Assembly: GCA_943788985.1 (NCBI GenBank)
Contig: CALSSJ010000018.1
Location: 79,093-143,092 of the forward strand
Source: an uncultured Lentisphaerales bacterium
GTDB taxonomy: Bacteria; Verrucomicrobiota; Lentisphaeria; JABSQK01; UBA12247
Direction of reading: 5' to 3'
Length of the DNA: 64,000 nt
Shown: positions 20,538-29,682 of the stretch, one piece after another
Numbering within the stretch: the first letter of the stretch is position 1
Layout: every line of letters starts with the position of its first letter
The notes under the pieces: model-generated
The model's database searches: none
Seen by the model: the letters and a program-made list of their open reading frames with translations, nothing else
What the model was told of the DNA's origin: nothing
Position numbers and translations under genes: made by a program

Positions 20538-22193
20538 ATGGATAATCAGCAAGATCAAGCGGTAGCCAGTCAGACGGGAAGCCACCACGGGCTTAGTGAA
20601 CGAGAAAAAATAATGTTGTTCTGGGCGAGTTTTCTTGCTCTGACAGCGGCGGGTGTCGGCTTTGTGCTGCGTTCGCTAGCGGGGACTCAACATTGGGGCG
20701 CCGCCTTCGAAATCACCAACGATCAGGTAGGGGCCTTGTTTGGCGCTGGTCTGTGGCCGATCGCGATCACCATGATCCTTTTTAGCCTGGTCGTAGATAA
20801 GGTCGGGTACAAGGCGTCGATGATGTGTGCGTTCGCGCTGCAGGGGATTGCCGCGGTGTTGACGATCTATGCCAACAGCTTTAACACCATGCTTGTGGCT
20901 TGCCTGGTTGCGGGCCTTGGCCATGGTATCGTCGAAGCCTGCATTAACCCGCTCTGCGCCTCCATCTATCGGGACCAGAAGAGCAAGATGTTGAACATCC
21001 TACATGCTTCTTGGCCGGCAGGTATCGTGATTGGCGGCGTGGTCTATCTGACCATGTTTACGGGCGCCACAAGCTGGGCCGAGGTAAGTGGCTCTTTCTG
21101 GTTCATGTTCCTGCCTGTGATCGCCTATGGCGTGATGTTCCTGATGTGCCATCACTACCCGGTCGACGAGCGTGTCGAAGCCAAAGTGCCGATGAGCGAG
21201 ATGCTCAAGGAATTTGGCGGGCTTGGTGCCTTTATCGCCATCACCTTTCTATTCTACGAAATCTCGAACCAGGTCCCCGCACTGGGTGCAGCGCTGGCTG
21301 GCGACATGGGGCCATTGCCTAAAAAGCTAGCAGTCAGTATCATTGTCGGGATCATTGGCGGCGCGTTTTTTGGCGGCGTGGTTAAGTCCCGTGGTAAGAT
21401 TCTGTTCTTTATCCTCTGCCTGATTATGATTCCACTGGCCACTGCGGAGATCGCAACGGACGGTTGGATTCAGAAGCTGATGCGCCCGACCATGGGCGAG
21501 TATGCGGGCTGGGCGCTGGTTTTCTCAGCCGGGATTATGATGGGACTGCGCTTCTTCGCTGGTGTACCGCTGAAGTTTATGTCGCCTCCAGGACTGTTGC
21601 TGCTTAGCTCGGTGTTTTCGATCATCGGCTTGTTCGCGCTATCGATGGCTGACGGTCTTCTGGTCTGGTTTGCCTTTGTCTTCTACGCCATCGGCCAGAC
21701 CTTCTACTGGCCTACGGTTCTTGGCTTTGTCGCCGAGCAGTTTCCGAAGGGCGGGGCGATGACCTTGAATACGGTTTCAGCGATGGGACTGCTGACGGTA
21801 GGCATTTTTGGCTTTCCCTTTCTTGGCGCGGTGCAGGATGCCTACACGACCAAAGCCGTGGAGAAGACTCAGCCAGCGTTGGTCCAGAGCTTGCGGGCTG
21901 AAGGAACCACCTTTACCAACGCCGAGGGCGCAGATGTGCCGATCCTTAACAGGAACCGTCTCTTCGGTGTGAAGTACGATGCGATCAATGCCGAAGAGGT
22001 CAAAAAGCAGATCACAGATGAAGCTGCGCTCGCCGTTCTCGACAAGGATCTCACGCAAGTAGGACGCAGTACGCTGCGAGTCGCGGCTGTATTGCCGAGC
22101 ATCATGGCGATCTCCTTCTTGCTGATCATGATCTGGTATCGCAGTCAGGGTGGATATAAACCTGTGCATCTGGTCCACGAGGAAGACGCCTGA
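20538..22193 (+). CDS. MFS transporter (probable sugar/glycoside permease)
   Basis: 12 or more TM helices; LVVDKVGYK, GLGHGIVEACINPL, LNILHASWPAG, FPKGGA. Confidence 0.85.
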   Translation: MDNQQDQAVASQTGSHHGLSEREKIMLFWASFLALTAAGVGFVLRSLAGTQHWGAAFEITNDQVGALFGAGLWPIAITMILFSLVVDKVGYKASMMCAFALQGIAAVLTIYANSFNTMLVACLVAGLGHGIVEACINPLCASIYRDQKSKMLNILHASWPAGIVIGGVVYLTMFTGATSWAEVSGSFWFMFLPVIAYGVMFLMCHHYPVDERVEAKVPMSEMLKEFGGLGAFIAITFLFYEISNQVPALGAALAGDMGPLPKKLAVSIIVGIIGGAFFGGVVKSRGKILFFILCLIMIPLATAEIATDGWIQKLMRPTMGEYAGWALVFSAGIMMGLRFFAGVPLKFMSPPGLLLLSSVFSIIGLFALSMADGLLVWFAFVFYAIGQTFYWPTVLGFVAEQFPKGGAMTLNTVSAMGLLTVGIFGFPFLGAVQDAYTTKAVEKTQPALVQSLRAEGTTFTNAEGADVPILNRNRLFGVKYDAINAEEVKKQITDEAALAVLDKDLTQVGRSTLRVAAVLPSIMAISFLLIMIWYRSQGGYKPVHLVHEEDA

Positions 22194-22209
22194 CCGGCTG
22201 CGGCAGACT

Positions 22210-23595
22210 ATGCAAAAAAGGAAGAACGAGATGAACGCATCCGAAAGTTCTGAGGGAGTAACTCGCAGAGATTTTGTTCGCTCGGTGGCGGCAGCCGGGG
22301 CTGTGCTTGCAGCCAACGGTGCCCCGCTGGCCCGAGCTACGAATGCCGCTGCGTTGAGTGCAGATACGCTCAATGTGGCTGTGATCGGCACTGGCCAGCA
22401 GGGCAAGGGAGCTTTGATTGAGTCTTCCGTACCTGCGATTCCAGGCATCCGCTACAAAGCGGTTTGTGACATTTGGGATAAGAACCGGAATGCTGCGGTC
22501 GACTATCTGAAGCTCTATGGCCATGAGCCCAAAGCCTACGTGGATTACCAGGAAATGCTCGCTGCGGAGACCGATCTGGATGCGGTGATCGTGGCGACTC
22601 CCGACTGGATGCACGCCGAGCACACTATTGCCGCCCTAGAGGCTGGCCATCATGTGTACTGCGAGAAGGAAATGTCCAACTCGCTTACCGGCGCGCGGGA
22701 CATGGTTCTGGCTGCACGTAAGGCCGGAAAGCTGCTGCAAATTGGGCATCAGCGTCGCAGCAACCCGCGCTATATTCACGCGGTCCAGCGGCTGGTGCAC
22801 GACCAGAAGCTGCTCGGGCGGGTTACCCATGCAAATGCCCATTGGAACCGCTCTATCGCCGCAGCCCGTGACATCGGCTGTAGCTACGCTGATGTGCTGC
22901 CAGCGGCCACGCTGGCGAAGTATGGCTATGCCTCGATGCAGCAGTTCTTGAACTGGCGTTGGTATAAAAAGTACGGTGGTGGTCCGATTGTGGATCTAGG
23001 CTCGCATCAGATCGATCTTTTTGAGTGGGTCTTCGAGACCACACCACGGTCCGTGGTTGCCTCAGGGGGGATCGACTTCCACACGCATCACGAGTGGTAT
23101 GACAACGTCTTGTGCATTTATGAGTACGAGACCGATCACGGCATCTGCCGCGCGTTCTATCAGACGCTCACCACTAGTTCACACGGCGGAAACTCCGAAG
23201 CTTTCATGGGCGAGAACGGCACGCTGCTGATCTCCGAAGTGGAAGCACGCGGTAACGCGGTCGAGAAAGAGAAGCATGCGCCGGATTGGAACATTCTAGT
23301 GCAGCAGGGGCTGCTGAAGGCAGAAGGCCAGAAGGTCGTGCAGACCAAGACCAAGAATACGTGGCTGGATGCTCGCGAGAGTCCCGGATTGCCCGCTTGG
23401 CCGCTGCCGATTGAGCTGGCCAAGAAGCCGCATCAACCGCACATGGAGAATTTCTTTGACACCATTCGTGGCAAGTCGGAGCTGAATTGTCCCGGGGAAG
23501 TCGGCTATGCGACAGCGTTTGCGGTACTGGCGGTCAATGAAGCGGTGCGTACCAATGAGCGCATTATCTTTACGCCCTCCGATTTTCACGTATAA
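22210..23595 (+). CDS. Tat-exported Gfo/Idh/MocA family oxidoreductase
   Basis: Tat motif TRRDFVR; VIGTGQQG, ATPDWMH, YCEKEM, NWRWYKKYGGG..DLGSHQID. Confidence 0.9.
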   Translation: MQKRKNEMNASESSEGVTRRDFVRSVAAAGAVLAANGAPLARATNAAALSADTLNVAVIGTGQQGKGALIESSVPAIPGIRYKAVCDIWDKNRNAAVDYLKLYGHEPKAYVDYQEMLAAETDLDAVIVATPDWMHAEHTIAALEAGHHVYCEKEMSNSLTGARDMVLAARKAGKLLQIGHQRRSNPRYIHAVQRLVHDQKLLGRVTHANAHWNRSIAAARDIGCSYADVLPAATLAKYGYASMQQFLNWRWYKKYGGGPIVDLGSHQIDLFEWVFETTPRSVVASGGIDFHTHHEWYDNVLCIYEYETDHGICRAFYQTLTTSSHGGNSEAFMGENGTLLISEVEARGNAVEKEKHAPDWNILVQQGLLKAEGQKVVQTKTKNTWLDARESPGLPAWPLPIELAKKPHQPHMENFFDTIRGKSELNCPGEVGYATAFAVLAVNEAVRTNERIIFTPSDFHV

Positions 23596-26552
23596 TGCAT
23601 AGAAACCTGATGCCAAAATTTACCGCGGTCGTCCTACTCCTAGCGATTGCCTGGACTGTCTCAGCGGCACACGATTGGGACGGCAGCCCGGTTCTGCCCG
23701 TGCATCGTATTCCGCTGCACGATGAAGATGGCGTGAAGATTCTGTCCGATGCGGAGAACGCCAAGCCGATCTCCGCCCGGGCTACCTGTATCCAGTGCCA
23801 TGACTACGACGCCATCCAGACCGGTTGGCATTTTAGTAGCGAGGGCGATCTCGAAGGACGCGCGACAGAACCTTGGGTGATGGTGGACGAGAAGTCCGGC
23901 ACGCAGTTGCCGATTTCTCGCCGTGGTGCTGCTGGCACTTGGGCACCAGAGCATCTCGGGATGTCGGACTGGGACTTCATCAAGCAGTTCGCGCGTCACA
24001 TGCCTGGCGGCGGGCCAGGGGAGGGCGAGCGTGCCGCTGCGGATCCGGACTCGCGCTGGACCGTCTCTGGGGATCTAGAGATCAACTGCTTTGTCTGTCA
24101 CAACACTGGACCGCATCAGGATATGACCGAGTGGGTCAAACAGATCGCGCGGGAGAATTTTCGCTGGGCGGCCACGGCGGCTGCCTGCCTAGGCGAAGTC
24201 AGCGGCATGGCCGCGCGCCTGCCAGCCACTTGGAATCCCTCCGACGGCCCGGACCCGGATGACCTGATCTATCGCGTACCACCGAGCGTGACCTATCCCG
24301 AGACGCTTTTCGACAGCAAAGACCGCGTGGTTCTCGATTTGGGCAAGCCGACTGACGCTCGCTGTATTCAATGTCACGCTGTTGCCGAAGTCGGCAAAGC
24401 CAAGCATCATGTCACCGGCGATATTCACACGCGGGCCGGAATGGATTGTATAAGCTGCCATAGCAACGGGATCGACCACAAGATCGATCGCGGTTCTACC
24501 GGCGCGTTTTCCTGCGCTGGCTGCCATGGGCTGGAGGACAGCGAGGCTGATATTGGGTCCTATGGGGCACCTATTCCCGAGCACAAAGGCCTGCCACCGA
24601 TCCATCTAGAGAAAATGGCCTGTACCGCGTGCCATTCCGGTGTAGCGATCGACCACGGTCCTTCACTGGTGCGGACGTCCAAGATTAACCGGCTGGGGAT
24701 CCACGGCCGGGCACAGTGGATGATTGAAGCACCGCAGATTCTCGAGCCAATCTTCAAACGCGACGGATCCGGCAAGATTGCCCCGCATCGCATGATGTGG
24801 CCCGCCTTCTGGGCACGGAGTAGTGGCGATGACCTGAAGCCGCTGGACGCGCAGGACGTGATGGCCCAGAGCAGCGACATTCTGGATCCTGCCATGGTTG
24901 TGGCGAGCGTCTTGTCCCGGCTTGGCAAGATCAAGGACCAAGACGGGTATGCTTACGGGCAGCCGGTGTTCGTCAGCGATGGCATCGTCTACCAGTCGAC
25001 AGCGGATGGTGGTCTGGACCAGCACCCGTACAACGGGGAGATTCCAGGAGCGTTTCGTTTCGGCTACATTGTAGATAACGCACTGCTGCCGATTGCGGAG
25101 CCGTACGACGCGGAGGAGGAGAATGGCTTCTATTATCTCGACGAGAGCCGTCAGGAGCATGTGATCAGCGTCTTGACTGCGTTGGCGGAGATCGCGCCCG
25201 ATGGTACTACACCCGCCTGGATTCTGGGCTCGAAGCTGCATAGACTTCAGAATGTAGAGTACGCATTGTTGCCCGCCGAGGAGTTTGCCCAGCTCAAGCA
25301 GGACGCCGAGAAGGCAAAGGTGGCTGTCACGACGCTGGCGACGAAGCTGGACGTCGCTACTGAAGTGGATGGCACCAAGCAGAAGTTCTATCGCAAGAGC
25401 GACAAGACCGAGCTCAAGGCGTCGCGCTCGAAGACGCCAGAGCTCTACAAGCTCAAGGTGCTAATGAAGGAACAGCGCAAGGCCGAAGCGAAGCTGAGCG
25501 AGCTGGAAGTCATTGGCGACAAGGCCTATCGTAACACCTTCCAAAAGAACACCTCGCAGTACCCGGTGATCGAAGAGTTCAAAGGAACATCTAATACTGC
25601 CTGGGGCTGGGTGAAAGATGATCAGGCTCAACCGCTTGTACCGGACTATGTCGGTGCGTTCGTGACCGCGACAGGAGGTGGCGACACCGTTGCATTTACG
25701 GAGAAACAGATCGCCATGGCTTTGGAAAAGCTAGGCGAGGACGTGGTCTACGTTTCAGGGGGAAAGGTCTTTAGTCGCAACGCGGATGGCTCGCTGAAGG
25801 CGTCTGAGCATCAGCGGGCGGAGCCGGTATCCTGGCCGCTCGGTCATGATGTGCGGCCAGCCGCACAATCGCTCGGTGCCAAGGGCTGCGCAGAATGTCA
25901 CAGCGCCGACGCGCCCTTCTTGTTTGCGAACGTTGCAGCGCAGGGGCCGTTGCAGTCAGACCAGACTGCCACAGCAACCATGGCTGCCCACATGCAGCTG
26001 GACAGCAGCTATCATCAGCTCTTCGGCCTGAGCTTCACTACCAGGCCGCTGTTCAAGGCGATCATGCTGGCCCTAGCCATCATCGCCTTGCTGGTGCTGG
26101 CGGCCTACGCCCTGTCTGGCATTCGAGGACTGTCGCAGCGGGCCGAGAAGCCAAAGCTGGCAGCAGCTGCGATGACCGTAGGGGCGATTTCAACTGTGAT
26201 CCTCGCCCTCACCGGTTTTGGCGGAGACTGGACTGGTGGGCTGGGGGGCTATATGCTGCTTGTTCACGTAGGCGTGGGCGGACTGTTTGCTGCCTGCCTT
26301 GCCTTGGTTGCGTTGCTGAAAGCCCACGATCATGGCGCAGGAGGCTCGTGTTACGCTCGGAACGCTAGTTTCTGGACCATGATTGTCTGCGGAATTGTCT
26401 TGATTCTCAGCATTCTCGTGTCGATGGTGCCACTGCTCGGAACTGCCGGGCAGCACAGCGCTCTCCAGGTGCATGAAATCGCCGCGGCGGTGTTCCTGGT
26501 GGCGGCAGCCGTCTACGCGATCTCTAGACGGAGCTGCAAGTCGGGAGCATAG
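23595..26552 (+). CDS. Multiheme (7xCxxCH) cytochrome c, OTR/MmcA-like, with C-terminal multi-TM module
   Basis: Signal peptide; CxxCH at 23787, 24087, 24363, 24447, 24513, 24621 and 25887; about 5 C-terminal TM helices with His residues (LLVHVG, LQVHEI); TAATG overlap with the upstream gene. Confidence 0.85.
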   Translation: MHRNLMPKFTAVVLLLAIAWTVSAAHDWDGSPVLPVHRIPLHDEDGVKILSDAENAKPISARATCIQCHDYDAIQTGWHFSSEGDLEGRATEPWVMVDEKSGTQLPISRRGAAGTWAPEHLGMSDWDFIKQFARHMPGGGPGEGERAAADPDSRWTVSGDLEINCFVCHNTGPHQDMTEWVKQIARENFRWAATAAACLGEVSGMAARLPATWNPSDGPDPDDLIYRVPPSVTYPETLFDSKDRVVLDLGKPTDARCIQCHAVAEVGKAKHHVTGDIHTRAGMDCISCHSNGIDHKIDRGSTGAFSCAGCHGLEDSEADIGSYGAPIPEHKGLPPIHLEKMACTACHSGVAIDHGPSLVRTSKINRLGIHGRAQWMIEAPQILEPIFKRDGSGKIAPHRMMWPAFWARSSGDDLKPLDAQDVMAQSSDILDPAMVVASVLSRLGKIKDQDGYAYGQPVFVSDGIVYQSTADGGLDQHPYNGEIPGAFRFGYIVDNALLPIAEPYDAEEENGFYYLDESRQEHVISVLTALAEIAPDGTTPAWILGSKLHRLQNVEYALLPAEEFAQLKQDAEKAKVAVTTLATKLDVATEVDGTKQKFYRKSDKTELKASRSKTPELYKLKVLMKEQRKAEAKLSELEVIGDKAYRNTFQKNTSQYPVIEEFKGTSNTAWGWVKDDQAQPLVPDYVGAFVTATGGGDTVAFTEKQIAMALEKLGEDVVYVSGGKVFSRNADGSLKASEHQRAEPVSWPLGHDVRPAAQSLGAKGCAECHSADAPFLFANVAAQGPLQSDQTATATMAAHMQLDSSYHQLFGLSFTTRPLFKAIMLALAIIALLVLAAYALSGIRGLSQRAEKPKLAAAAMTVGAISTVILALTGFGGDWTGGLGGYMLLVHVGVGGLFAACLALVALLKAHDHGAGGSCYARNASFWTMIVCGIVLILSILVSMVPLLGTAGQHSALQVHEIAAAVFLVAAAVYAISRRSCKSGA

Positions 26553-26557
26553 GGTTA

Positions 26558-27334
26558 GTGGCCTACAGCTTTCATCATAGCGCCATGAACTCGCCCTTCG
26601 AGATTCACATTGCCGGGCAGGACGAGAACTATGCGCGGCAAGCTGCCGGTGCGTTTTTCCGGGGCATCGACCATCTGGAAAACAATCTCAGCCGCTTTCT
26701 CGAGGACAGCGATATCGCGCGCATTCGACTCTTAATGCCAGGGCAAGTGTTACAAGTGAGCCCAGAGACGATGGAGTGCCTGCTGGTCGCCCTTTGGGCC
26801 TATCGCGAGACCAGTGGAGCTTTCGATGTCATGCTCGGCGAGGGTATGGATGCGTTGCGCCTGGACCCGGAGAGATTGAGCGTGAGCTGCGAACTCCGCA
26901 ACCCGGCCGTAGACCTCGGCGGAATTGGCAAAGGCTTTGCGCTTGATCGGGGTGCCGAGATCATGGCAGAGTGGGATATTGAGCATGCGCTGCTGGTGGC
27001 TGGCCCCAGTACGATGCTGGCGCTGGGATCGCAGGATGGTGTGCCGTGGTCCGTCGGGCTCAACGGCACAGCAGTAGACTTAGAGGATCAAGCGCTGAGC
27101 GCGTCCGGGAAGGATGTCCAGGGCGCTCATGTGCGCGACCCGCGAGCTGGCGTCGAAGCCACAGGTCACGAAAAGGCCTGGGTACTGTGCCCGTCTGCCG
27201 CGCTGGCGGATGCGCTCTCCACAGCCTTTATGGTGATGAATCGCGAAGAGGTCGCAGACTTCTGCCGAACTCATCCAGAAATCCGGAGTCATGTTTTAGA
27301 CCAACATAGTACGTTTACATCTTACAATCAGTAA
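26558..27334 (+). CDS. apbE: FAD:protein FMN transferase (ApbE family), no signal peptide
   Basis: LSRFLEDSDIARI, TSGAFDV, VDLGGIGKGFALDR, HVRDPR, ADALSTA. Confidence 0.88.
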   Translation: MAYSFHHSAMNSPFEIHIAGQDENYARQAAGAFFRGIDHLENNLSRFLEDSDIARIRLLMPGQVLQVSPETMECLLVALWAYRETSGAFDVMLGEGMDALRLDPERLSVSCELRNPAVDLGGIGKGFALDRGAEIMAEWDIEHALLVAGPSTMLALGSQDGVPWSVGLNGTAVDLEDQALSASGKDVQGAHVRDPRAGVEATGHEKAWVLCPSAALADALSTAFMVMNREEVADFCRTHPEIRSHVLDQHSTFTSYNQ

Positions 27335-27359
27335 TCCCACACAAACGACAGGACACACC

Positions 27360-28013
27360 ATGAAGACCACTCTCACACTCGCAGTACTCCTCCTCTTTAG
27401 CGCGCCTGCTATGATGGCCCAAGCCGTAGTCCCGCTGAAGATTGAGTTGCCTAAGCCGATGTTTGTCGGGACGCCGAAGACGGTGAAGTCCGGCAATCTT
27501 GAAGCGGATCGCAAGAAGAAGCCACGCCCACCGGTCATGGTCCCGAAGGACGTCGAAAATGTGGCCGCAGACATGGTCGTGAGCAGCAGCGACATGTTTC
27601 CCGTGATCGGCGATCTTGAGCTGGCAACCGACGGCGACAAGGAAGGTGCCGATGGCAGCTTTGTCGAGCTCGGCCCAGGCAAGCAGTACATCCAGATTGA
27701 TCTCGAAGAAACCCGCGCGATCTACGCCATTGTAATCTGGCACTTCCACAGCCAGGCCCGCGTCTATCGCGACGTGGTAGTGCAGGTTGCCGATGATGAG
27801 GACTTCATCACCAACGTGCGCACGATCTTCAACAACGACCACGACAACTCCTCTGGGCTTGGCATTGGCACGGACAAAGAGTATATCGAGACCTTCGAAG
27901 GCCGGCCGCTGGCAGTAAAAGGCGAGAAGGCACAATTTGTCCGTCTCTACAGCAATGGCAGCACGTCCAGCGAAATGAATCACTACACGGAGGTCGAAGT
28001 CTACGGCAAGTAG
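27360..28013 (+). CDS. Secreted hypothetical protein with discoidin/galactose-binding-like fold
   Basis: Signal peptide; LATDGDKEG, YIQIDLE..IYAIVIWHFH, AQFVRLYSNG, NHYTEVEVYG. Confidence 0.65.
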   Translation: MKTTLTLAVLLLFSAPAMMAQAVVPLKIELPKPMFVGTPKTVKSGNLEADRKKKPRPPVMVPKDVENVAADMVVSSSDMFPVIGDLELATDGDKEGADGSFVELGPGKQYIQIDLEETRAIYAIVIWHFHSQARVYRDVVVQVADDEDFITNVRTIFNNDHDNSSGLGIGTDKEYIETFEGRPLAVKGEKAQFVRLYSNGSTSSEMNHYTEVEVYGK

Positions 28014-28053
28014 GCCGACCACACCGCACGTCGACAGAAACAAGGCCCGCTCG

Positions 28054-29619
28054 ATGAATACAACAGTTTTTCGAGTGGGCTTTGTGGTTTGTGTGCTGGT
28101 TGCCGCGCTGTTTCGGGTCATCGATCTCGAGCAGCGCGTTCTGCACAATGACGAGGCCAATCAAGCCTGTCGAGCGGGGCTCTTGCTGGAAGGCGCTGGC
28201 TACCACTACGATCCAGTAGACCATCATGGGCCGACGCTCTACTACCTCTCTTTGCCGTTCGCTTGGCTCAGCGCTGGTACTGACTTCAGCCGGACTTCGG
28301 CCGTAACCTACCGGCTCCTCCCAGCGCTATTCGGGATTGGCGTTTTGCTGTTGTTGCTGCTATTTCGAGATAGGCTGGGAAGGCCAGCGGTCTTGGCCAC
28401 CGCGGCACTGCTGGCAGTCTCACCAGCGATGGTTTATTACAGCCGCTTCTATATTCAGGAAATGCTCCTAGTCTTCTTTACCGCAGCGGTAATCGTCTGC
28501 GGCTGCCGCTACAGCCGGTTTCCGGGCGTGCGCCAGGCAATGAGCGTCGGACTGTTTCTAGGCCTGATGCATGCGACCAAAGAAACCTGCATCATCGCCT
28601 ATGCCTGCCTCGGCGCCGCGATTCTCCCCGCGCTGATCGACATGATGCGCAAGGGTGCTGAAGCGCGGCGCCAGCTGCTCCAGCACGGTCTAGTTATGGT
28701 GGCCGTGGCTGTCGCCGTTTCCGCCATGATCTTTTCCTCGTTCTTCACCCATCCCATGGGCATCATTCACTCGTATACGGCTTACCTGAACTATCTGCCG
28801 CAAGGGATTGGCGTCGATACAGACCATGTCCAGCCCTTCATGTTCTACCTCAAGATCTTGATTGGGCAGACAAAGGGCGGGCTATTCTGGAGCGAATGGC
28901 CAATCATGCTGCTGGGCCTGACAGGCATCGGATTTTCCGTTACTGGTGCTTCCCGCTGGCTGCCTGACCTTCACCGTGGCTTGGCGCGATTTCTCGTCAG
29001 CTACACCGTGCTGATGACGTTGGCCTACTCGTTGATTGCATACAAAACACCGTGGTGCATGCTCTCTTTTCTCTTCGGCTGGATCCTGCTGGCCGGGATT
29101 GGGGCTGCCGGGCTTTTCGCATCCTGCAAACCACGCGCTCTGCAGGCGGTGCTTGTGGTTCTAGTGTTGGCGGGCGTTTCGCTGCTGGGGCGCTCTGCGC
29201 AGCGAGCGAGTTTTCGGTATGGCGCAGATACGCGAAATCCATACGCCTACTCCCATACGGTCTCCGATCTGCTGAATCTGGTCAAGCGTGTCAATGCCGT
29301 TACGGCACTGGGAGATGGCTACGCTGCAAAGATTGCCATCGTCACCAATGCCCAAGACGCCTGGCCCTTGCCCTGGTACCTGCGTACCTACCCGAACACC
29401 GGATACTGGTCCACGCAGGACGCTATCCCGGAGGCCTTCGCGCCGGACATCATTGTCTGCTCACTCGAGCATGAGCCTGCGGTCACTGAATCTGTGGGAG
29501 ACGACTTCATCTCAGAGTACTGGGGCCTGCGCAACGAGGTCGTTCTCGCTTTGTACTTGCGGCGTGACCTTTGGGATCGCTTCATGGAATCGCGCATCAA
29601 GAGTCATCCAACTAATTAA
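28054..29619 (+). CDS. TIGR03663/Agl23-like GT-C (PMT-like) integral membrane protein
   Basis: LHNDEA, YDPVDHHGPTLYY, SPAMVYYSRFYIQE, HATKET, YKTPW, WPLPWYLR; many TM helices. Confidence 0.78.
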   Translation: MNTTVFRVGFVVCVLVAALFRVIDLEQRVLHNDEANQACRAGLLLEGAGYHYDPVDHHGPTLYYLSLPFAWLSAGTDFSRTSAVTYRLLPALFGIGVLLLLLLFRDRLGRPAVLATAALLAVSPAMVYYSRFYIQEMLLVFFTAAVIVCGCRYSRFPGVRQAMSVGLFLGLMHATKETCIIAYACLGAAILPALIDMMRKGAEARRQLLQHGLVMVAVAVAVSAMIFSSFFTHPMGIIHSYTAYLNYLPQGIGVDTDHVQPFMFYLKILIGQTKGGLFWSEWPIMLLGLTGIGFSVTGASRWLPDLHRGLARFLVSYTVLMTLAYSLIAYKTPWCMLSFLFGWILLAGIGAAGLFASCKPRALQAVLVVLVLAGVSLLGRSAQRASFRYGADTRNPYAYSHTVSDLLNLVKRVNAVTALGDGYAAKIAIVTNAQDAWPLPWYLRTYPNTGYWSTQDAIPEAFAPDIIVCSLEHEPAVTESVGDDFISEYWGLRNEVVLALYLRRDLWDRFMESRIKSHPTN

Positions 29620-29682
29620 ACTGGCCTTGCGCAGGCGAGGCTGTGCGATATTTGTCATATCATTTCAGAAAGGATATTTTTT

